This document shows positions 55,861-64,000 of a DNA stretch of 64,000 bases, in pieces. Every line of letters starts with the position of its first letter. Positions within the stretch are counted from its first letter, which is position 1. The notes beneath the pieces are model-generated. The model was given only the letters and a program-made list of their open reading frames with translations. It did not search any database and was not told the origin of the DNA. The translations under genes were made by a program, and so were the position numbers. The DNA comes from Eledone cirrhosa (lineage: Eukaryota), in the NCBI GenBank assembly GCA_964016885.1, contig OZ024757.1:19220001-19284000 (forward strand). Reading direction: 5' to 3'.

Positions 55861-55920
<60 letters not shown>

Positions 55921-55927
<7 letters not shown>

Positions 55928-56119
55928 ATGTAATAAACAACATAAGGCAATTATTCCATTTACCAGTGGTTTCTTAAAAGCAAAAGGTTTTGCTTTCAAT
56001 CCTCAGAATGAAAAAATCCAGGATTTTTTCATTCTGAGGATTGAAAGCAAAACCTTTTGCTTTTAAGAAACCACTGGTAAATGGAATAATTGCCTTATGT
56101 TGTTTATTACATAATAATA
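55921..56119. repeat. Perfect ~99-bp-arm palindrome with a complete hammerhead in each arm
   Basis: Centre at 56020; plus strand 56030-56083 catt CTGAGGA ttgaaagcaaa...tttgcttttaa GAAA ccactgg TA aatg; mirror copy 55957-56010. Confidence 0.85.
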
Positions 56120-56374
56120 ATTAAGCTCTGTTGCCTACATAGAGCACTCTTTTTTCCTGCACTTTTCCGACGGAATTACTTCATTCACACACACACATAT
56201 ATATATATATACACACACTATATATACACTAACAGAATCTACATACGCCTATATTCTTCATTTTTAGTCTTTATTGTTTAGGTAGAAATATTATCTACCT
56301 GGAGATTTGTTGCTCCAGCTGCCAAAACCTGTTGTTAAATCATTATCTTGTTGTTGTTACTGTTGTTACTGCTG

Positions 56375-56413
<39 letters not shown>

Positions 56414-56614
56414 GTTGTTTTTTTATACCACTTCCTGTTGTTAACAGTCTGGAATTGTTCTAGAAAGGAGTTAGAACAGATCCATAGAGCAACTGCTGCC
56501 TCTCTCAACTGAAAGTTCTTCAGAAATACCACTTAACTTAAAACTGATGCCAAACTACCGACTGAATACCTATTTAATTTATGGCTGGTTATTTTATTAT
56601 TATGTGAAGTATAA

Positions 56615-58330
56615 TGGTGTAGGGTAGGTGGAGGTGGTGGAGGTTTGTGGTGGTGGTGGTGGTGGTGGTGGTTGTTGTGGTAATGATGGTGGTGGTGGTG
56701 GTGGTGGTGTGATGGAGGTTGGTGGTGGTGTGGTGGAGGTTTGTGGTGGTGGTGGTTGTTGTGGTAATGATGGTGGTGGTGGTGTGATGGAGGTTGGTGG
56801 AGGTTGGTGGTGGTTGTTGTGGTAATGATGGTTGGTGAGGATGGCAATTGTGGTAATGATGATGGTGGTGGTGGTGGTGGTGGTGGTGGTGGTGGTGTGA
56901 TGGAGGTTGGCAGCGGTTTTGGTGGTGGTTTGTTGTGGTAATGATGGTGGTGAGGATGGCAATTGTGGTAATGATGATGGTGGTGGTGGTGTTGGTGTTG
57001 GGTTGTGTGTGGTCGGGGTGGAGGTTGGCGGTGGTGTGGTGGAGGTTGGTGGTGGTTGTTGTGGTAATGATGGTGGTGAGGATGGCAATTGTGGTAATGA
57101 TGGTGGTGGTGGTGGTGGTGTGATGGAGGTTGGTGGTGGTGTGGTGGAGGTTGGTGGTGGTTGTTGTGGTAATGATGGTTGGTGAGGATGGCAATTGTGG
57201 TAATGATGATGGTGGTGGTGGTGGTGGTGGTGGTGGTGGTGGTGTGATGGAGTTTGGCAGCGGTTTTGGTGGTGGTTTGTTGTGGTAATGATGGTGGTGA
57301 GGATGGCAATTGTGGTAATGATGATGGTGGTGGTGGTGGTGGTGGTGGTGGTGTGATGGAGGTTGGCAGCGGTTTTGGTGGTGGTTTGTTGTGGTAATGA
57401 TGGTGGTGAGGATGGCAATTGTGGTAATGATGATGGTGGTGGTGGTGTTGGTGTTGGGTTGTGTGTGGTCGGGGTGGAGGTTGGCGGTGGTGTGGTGGAG
57501 GTTGGTGGTGGTTGTTGTGGTAATGATGGCGGTGAGGATGGCAATTGTGGTAATGATGATGGTGGTGGTGGTGGTGGTGTTGGGTTGGTGGTGGTGGAGG
57601 TTGGTGGTGGTTGTTGTGGTAATGATGGTGGTGAGGATGGCAATTGTGGTAATGATGATGGTGGTGGTGTTGGGTTGTGTGTGGTCGGGGTGGAGGTTGG
57701 TGGTGGTAATGATGGTGGTGAGGATGGCAATTGTGGTAATGATGATGGTGGTGGTGTTGGGTTGTGTGTGGTCGAGGTGGAGGTTGGTGGTGGTGGTTGG
57801 TTGTGTGGTGAAGGTTGGTTTGGTGGTGGTGTTGGGTTGTGCGTGGTCGGGGTGGAGGTTGGTGGTGGTGGTGGTTGTTTGTGTGTGGTGAGGTGTGATG
57901 GTGCTGCTGGTGTGGTGGTGGTTGTTGTGGTAATGATGATGGTGAGGATGGCAATTGAGGTAATGGTGGTGGTGGTGGTGGTGTTGGTTTGTGCATGGTC
58001 GGGGGTGGTGGGGTTGTGGTCATGATGATGATGATGACGACGACGATGATGGCAGTTGTGGTGGTGTAGGGGGTGGCAGGTGTGGTAATGATGGCGGCGG
58101 CGGCGGTGGTGTGGTGGAGGTTGGTAGTGCGGGTGGTGGGTGGTGATGGCGGGCATTATCATCACCATCCACATCACAATCATCACTATCGTCAACAACA
58201 TCATAATTACCACCATCACCACCATCATTATGAGCTCTACTATCACCATCACCACCACCATCACCATCACCATCACCACCATCACCATCACCATCACCAT
58301 CATCACCATCACCATCACCACCATCACCAC
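56615..58330. repeat. GGT/GAT-rich low-complexity repeat with reiterated gaggatggcaattgtggtaatgat units, then (CAC/CAT)n
   Basis: Direct reading. Confidence 0.85.
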
Positions 58331-58476
58331 ATCTATACTTGAACCAGTTAGACAGCTACAACCATCACCATAGCAACTAGCCATCAGTCAGTTCATGTTA
58401 AAATACTTGAACAAACCTAAGTGGCACTAACCCTAATATGTTGAGGAGACTGTATTACTATTACAGAACTGGTAGC

Positions 58477-59290
58477 CAGGGTTGGTGCTGCCATTAAGGC
58501 CAACTAGGGCAGCCACTTAGGGCACAGACCTCATTGAGGTACATTACTGGACCTGAAAGGGTCACAGTTATATACAGGGTTGGTGCTACCACCAAGGCCA
58601 ATTAGGGCAGCCACGTAGGGCACAGACTTCAGAGAGGTACATTACTGGACCTTAAAGGGTCACAGTTTTATACAGGGTTGGTGCTACCATTAAGGCCAAT
58701 TAGGGCAGCCACGTAGGGCACAGACTTCAGGAGGTACATTACTGGACCTTAAAGGGTCACAGTTATATACAGGGTTGGTGCTACCACCAAGGCCAATTAG
58801 GGCAGCCACGTAGGGCACAGACTTCAGAGAGGTACATTACTGGACCTTAAAGGGTCACAGTTTTATACAGGGTTGGTGCTACCATTAAGGCCAATTAGGG
58901 CAGCCACGTAGGGCACAGACCTCTCTGAGGTGTGTATCACTGAACCTGAACCCTTTACCATTTGCATTACTCTATATATGCTATTATATGTTCACAGTAA
59001 AGGTTTTACTTCACATAATTATCTCACATAATATCAAATCTATAAGATTTTGATATTATTTATTTTGAGAACAATATCTTAACATCAGTATGAGCAGCCA
59101 GTTATGTCCGGTTTGAACAGAAAGAATTGAGAGAATTCTGGATGATATGACCGGTTTATATGCTAAAGGGTTAAGGCCAACTAGGACAGCCACCTAGGGC
59201 ACAGACCTCAGAGAGATACATTACTGAACCTTAAAGGGTCACGGTTATATACAGGTCTGGTGTTACCATTAAGGCCAACTAGGGCAAAAA
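58477..59290. repeat. 98-bp minisatellite (~6 units) interrupted by a piggyBac-like MITE at 58951-59170
   Basis: agggttggtgct at 58478, 58576, 58674, 58771 and 58869. Confidence 0.8.
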
Positions 59291-59850
59291 CCTCAGAAAT
59301 ATGCTTTACTGAACCTCAGCCACTTACAGTCTCTTGCTGAATCTCCCTGAGAATTACATTAAAAATGCACACATCTGTGGAATACCCAGCCACTTGCACA
59401 TAAATTTCACAATACAGCATTGTTCCATTGATCAAACAACTGAAACACTCTTTGTCGGAACCAACAACATCTATTATCATATCTAGACTCCTAGCTAAAC
59501 AAGAACATTGTGTTGGCTGTTACAAATAGCCCCAAGGAGTTCTATTGAGCGCTCTATAACAATCCTGCCAATTTGAAGCTTCTGAACATATTGCCATAGT
59601 GGTTTGGTAGTGGTGTGGTGGGAGGATGGGTTGTGGTGATTGTGGTTTGGTGGTGGTGTTGGGGTAGTGGTGGAGATGGGGGGGGTCGTGGAGATGGGGG
59701 GGGGGGGGGCTTGTGGTGATGTAGCTAAGGCTTTTTTTGTTTTCTTTTTAAATTACATCTTGCTAGCAGGGAAAGTGAATGTTAAATGATGATGTAGTAG
59801 TAGTAGTAGTAGTAGTAGTAGTAATGATGATGTAAGTGGTGGTGGTGTGA

Positions 59851-59901
<51 letters not shown>

Positions 59902-61029
59902 GTATATGTATGTCTCTGCTCCCCTATATGTGTATGTGTCTTTCCCTCTGTATATATCCCTATAAACACATATCCACACATACATGCACGCATATATACA
60001 CACACATATACACACACACATATATATATACGCACATATATATATACACACACATATATATACACACATATATATACACACACATATATACACACATATA
60101 TACACACATATATACACACACATATATACACACACATATATACACATATACATATATATATATACACATATATATCCATATACAGAACAATACATTTTAA
60201 TAATATTCTATTCAGCTATCTAATAGTTCCCCTGTGTATATTTACATATGTTACACTTGTTCCAGTGACTATATAAAGGGTTGTATATATATGTGTGTAT
60301 ATATATGTGTGTGTATATATGTGTATATATATATGTATATGTGTGTTTGTGTGTGTATATAGAGCGTGAAACTAATAGGACTTTCTGTGCTAATATATAT
60401 ATATATGTGTGTATATATAATATATATAATATATACATATATATATGTATGTATATATATATATAACAAAGGAATTGTGGTAAGGAACCAGATGGACCAT
60501 AACGCACCAGAGTACTCAATACTTATGGTAGTAGAGTGAGAAATAGGAAAAAGTATGACCCCGATGGCAGAGCTCAAGCTGTTTCTGAGTCCAGAAATAT
60601 CCGTCGAAACGGCTTGAGCTCTGCCGTCGGGGTCATACTTTTTCCTATATATATATATATATATATGTATATATTTATTATATATGTAAATATATGTATA
60701 CATACATGTATATGAGTGTATATATACGCATGCAGATATATATAGACGATGATGATATAATATACACACATATATATATATATATATATGTGTATATATT
60801 TATTATATATGTAAATATATGTATACATACATGTATATGAGTGTATATATACGCATACAGATATATATAGACGATGATGATATAATATACACACACACAT
60901 ATATATATATATATATACACATGAATCTCACTCATACACATACACATATACATACATATACATACATACATACACATACATGAACCATCATGTTCACACA
61001 ACTCGTGCGGCCAGTCTGAGAGTGTTGTG

Positions 61030-62258
61030 TGTGTGTCTGTACGTATATGTGTGTATGTATGTGTGTTTGTCTATATGTATGTATGTGTGTTTGTCTATAT
61101 GTATGTATGTGTGTTTGTCTATATGTATGTATGTTTGTTTGTCTATATGTATGTATGTATGTGTGTTTGTCTATATGTATGTGTGTGTGTGTTTGTCTAT
61201 ATGTATGTATGTGTGTGTGTTTGTCTATATGTATGTGTGTGTGTGTTTGTCTATATGTATGTGTGTGTTTGTCTATATGTATGTATATATGTATATATGT
61301 GTTTGTCTAAATGCGTATGTATGTATATATGTGTGTTTGTCTATATGCCTATGTATGTATGTGTGTTTGTCTATATGCATATGTATGTGTGTGTGTTTGT
61401 CTATATGCCTATGTATGTATGTGTGTTTGTCTATATGCATATGTATGTGTGTGTGTTTGTCTATATGCATATGTATGTGTGTGTGTTTGTCTATATGCCT
61501 ATGTATGTGTGTTTGTCTATATGTCTATGTATATATGTTTGCCTATGTATGTGTTTGTCTATATGCGTATGTATGTATGTGTGTGTGTTTGTCTATATGC
61601 GTATGTATGTGTGTGTGTTTGTCTATATGTCTATGTATGTATGTATGTGTGTTTGTCTATATGCGTATGTATGTATATATGTGTGTTTGTCTATATGCCT
61701 ATGTATGTGTGTGCGTTTGTCTGTGTGTTTGTCTATATGCCTATGTATGTGTGTTTGTCTATATGCCTATGTATGTATGTATGTGTGTTTGTCTATATGC
61801 CTATGTATGTGTGTTTGTCTATATGCATATGTATGTGTGTTTGTCTATATGCATATGTATGTATGTGTGTGTGTTTGTCTATATGTGTATGTATGTATAT
61901 ATGTGTGTTTGTCTATATGCCTATGTATGTGTGTTTGTCTATATGCGTATGTATATATGTGTGTTTGTCTATATGTGTTTATCTATATGCCTATGTATGT
62001 GTGTTTGTATGTATGCATATGTATGTGTGTTTGTCTATATGCCTATGTATGTTTGTGTGTTTGTCTATATGTATGTATATGTGTGTTTGTCTATATGTAT
62101 GTATATGTGTGTTTGTCTGTATGCCTATGTATGTATGTGTGTTTGTCTATATGCGTATGTATGTTTGTCTCTATGCCTATGTATGTATGTATGTGTGTTT
62201 GTCTATATATGTATGTATGTTTGTCTCTATGCCTATGTATGTATGTATGTATGTTTGT
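61030..62258. repeat. gtgtttgtctatatg(tatg)n compound microsatellite
   Basis: Direct reading. Confidence 0.9.
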
Positions 62259-62372
62259 TAGGGTGGAGGTGGAGGCTGTATAATATTCATTAAATTCTTT
62301 TTATATTGATATTCATGTAAGAACTTTCACGTCAGAATTGACTCTGCGCTTAATATATGCAAAAAATATGTG

Positions 62373-62426
<54 letters not shown>

Positions 62427-62431
<5 letters not shown>

Positions 62432-62799
62432 TTACGATATTAAATAAATGGAAACTATATTTATAAAACCATATTTATTTCATTATATATATTTCAGGGA
62501 TATCATATTAAAAATATGGTATGCCTTCATCAGACAAAATACAATATAAACAGTCTTATAAATAGATAGATTTGACATACCTTACAACTTCAACTTCCAT
62601 TTAAAAAGCCAAATCAACTTTTTAAATGGAAGTTGAAGTTGTAAGGTATGTCAAATCTATCTATTTATAAGACTGTTTATATTGTATTTTGTCTGATGAA
62701 GGCATACCATATTTTTAATATGATATCCCTGAAATATATATAATGAAATAAATATGGTTTTATAAATATAGTTTCCATTTATTTAATATCGTAAATATA
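62427..62799. repeat. Perfect ~182-bp-arm inverted repeat (9-nt loop) with a hammerhead motif in each arm
   Basis: Loop 62609-62617; plus strand CTGATGA 62693 and GAAA 62731; minus-strand mirror 62482-62540. Confidence 0.85.
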
Positions 62800-63051
62800 C
62801 TCCAAATACTTGTTGAGTGCTTTTATTTCAGTTATAAATATTTACTCGTTGTAATCCAACAATTTAAATAAAACTTTGCATATATATATATATATATATA
62901 TATATTTAAAGGTTAAACAAGGTTCAATGAATAAATCAAAGAATGAGTTTTACAATAGATTGGAAGCACTCAACAGCAAAAGGTTTTCTGGAGTTATTAA
63001 TATTAATTCAAAATATTAACAAAAATAGACATTCGTGTGATCAAGTATATT

Positions 63052-63112
63052 TTATTATACATATTTCAGAGGTACTGAGCTATCTTCAACAGTACGTCCT
63101 CATCAAATAAAA
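63052..63112 (-). ncRNA. Hammerhead motif with C3-to-U change
   Basis: ttat TTGATGA ggac gtactg...cagtac ctct GAAA tatg TA taat. Confidence 0.5.
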
Positions 63113-64000
63113 TAAGATGATGCATGACATACCCTGACTTAGTAGATGGGTATGACTGAATCTTAACCATCTACTACACGCACACACACACTCACACACA
63201 CAATCTCTCACACTCACACACTCACTCACTCACACACACACGCACTCACTCACTCATAGACACACGCACTCACACACACTCACTCACACACACACACACT
63301 CTCTCTCACACACACACACACTCTCACACACTCACTCACACACACACACACACACTCACACACACTCACACACACTCACTCACTCACACACACACACTCT
63401 CTCACACACACACACACTCTCACACACACACTCACACACACTCACTCACAGACACTCACTCACACACACACACTCTCACACACACTCTCTCACACACACA
63501 CTCACTCTCTCACACACACACTCACTCTCACACTCACTCACACTCACTCACATTCACACACGCACTCACATTCACACACACACTCACACACACACACTCA
63601 CACACACTCACTCACACACACACTCTCACACACACACACTCACTCTCACACACTCTCTCACACACACTCTCACACACATTCACACACTCACTCACTCACA
63701 CACACACACACACACTCACTCACACACACTCACACACACTCACTCACACACACACTTTCACTCACACACACACACACACTCTCTCACACAGACAATAACA
63801 CACACATACACACAGTCTGCTACTATATTTAATCAATCCCGGAAGTATGGAAGACAGGAAGAGAATACCACCACAGTATTCCTTGTGATGCTCTACCGGT
63901 TATGGCAATACACCGCCCTCTATAGTAATAATTGTTTCTACTTTTGGCACAAGGCCAGCAAATACCCAGTACATTACTGGTACTTTATTTTATCGACCCC

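Noticed and set aside
56533-58384. Pro/His/Thr-rich extensin-like ORFs up to 594 aa
   Set aside because: Low-complexity GGT repeat open in most frames

Overview
This is eukaryotic, non-genic, very repeat-rich DNA. The SINE types and microsatellite spectrum suggest an octopus-like cephalopod, which is an inference. No host gene can be supported, and almost every ORF in the supplied track is a translation of (TA)n, (CA)n, (GA)n or (GGT/ACT)n microsatellites. The short unique islands between microsatellites are mobile-element debris. These include three tRNA-derived SINE types, 3' fragments of RTE, Tx1/L1 and CR1-like LINEs, Tc1/mariner, pogo, hAT and piggyBac-like MITEs, and minisatellites amplified mostly from transposon fragments. 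The most striking signal is about 19 type-I hammerhead ribozyme motifs (CTGANGA...GAAA...NUH, mostly with short self-complementary stem III), from a dozen or more unrelated sequence families. They sit in non-coding inserts flanked by (TA)n, often as long fold-back palindromes or partial tandem repeats, which suggests a diverse TA-targeted population of Penelope-like or retrozyme-like elements. All structures were folded by eye and no database search was run.
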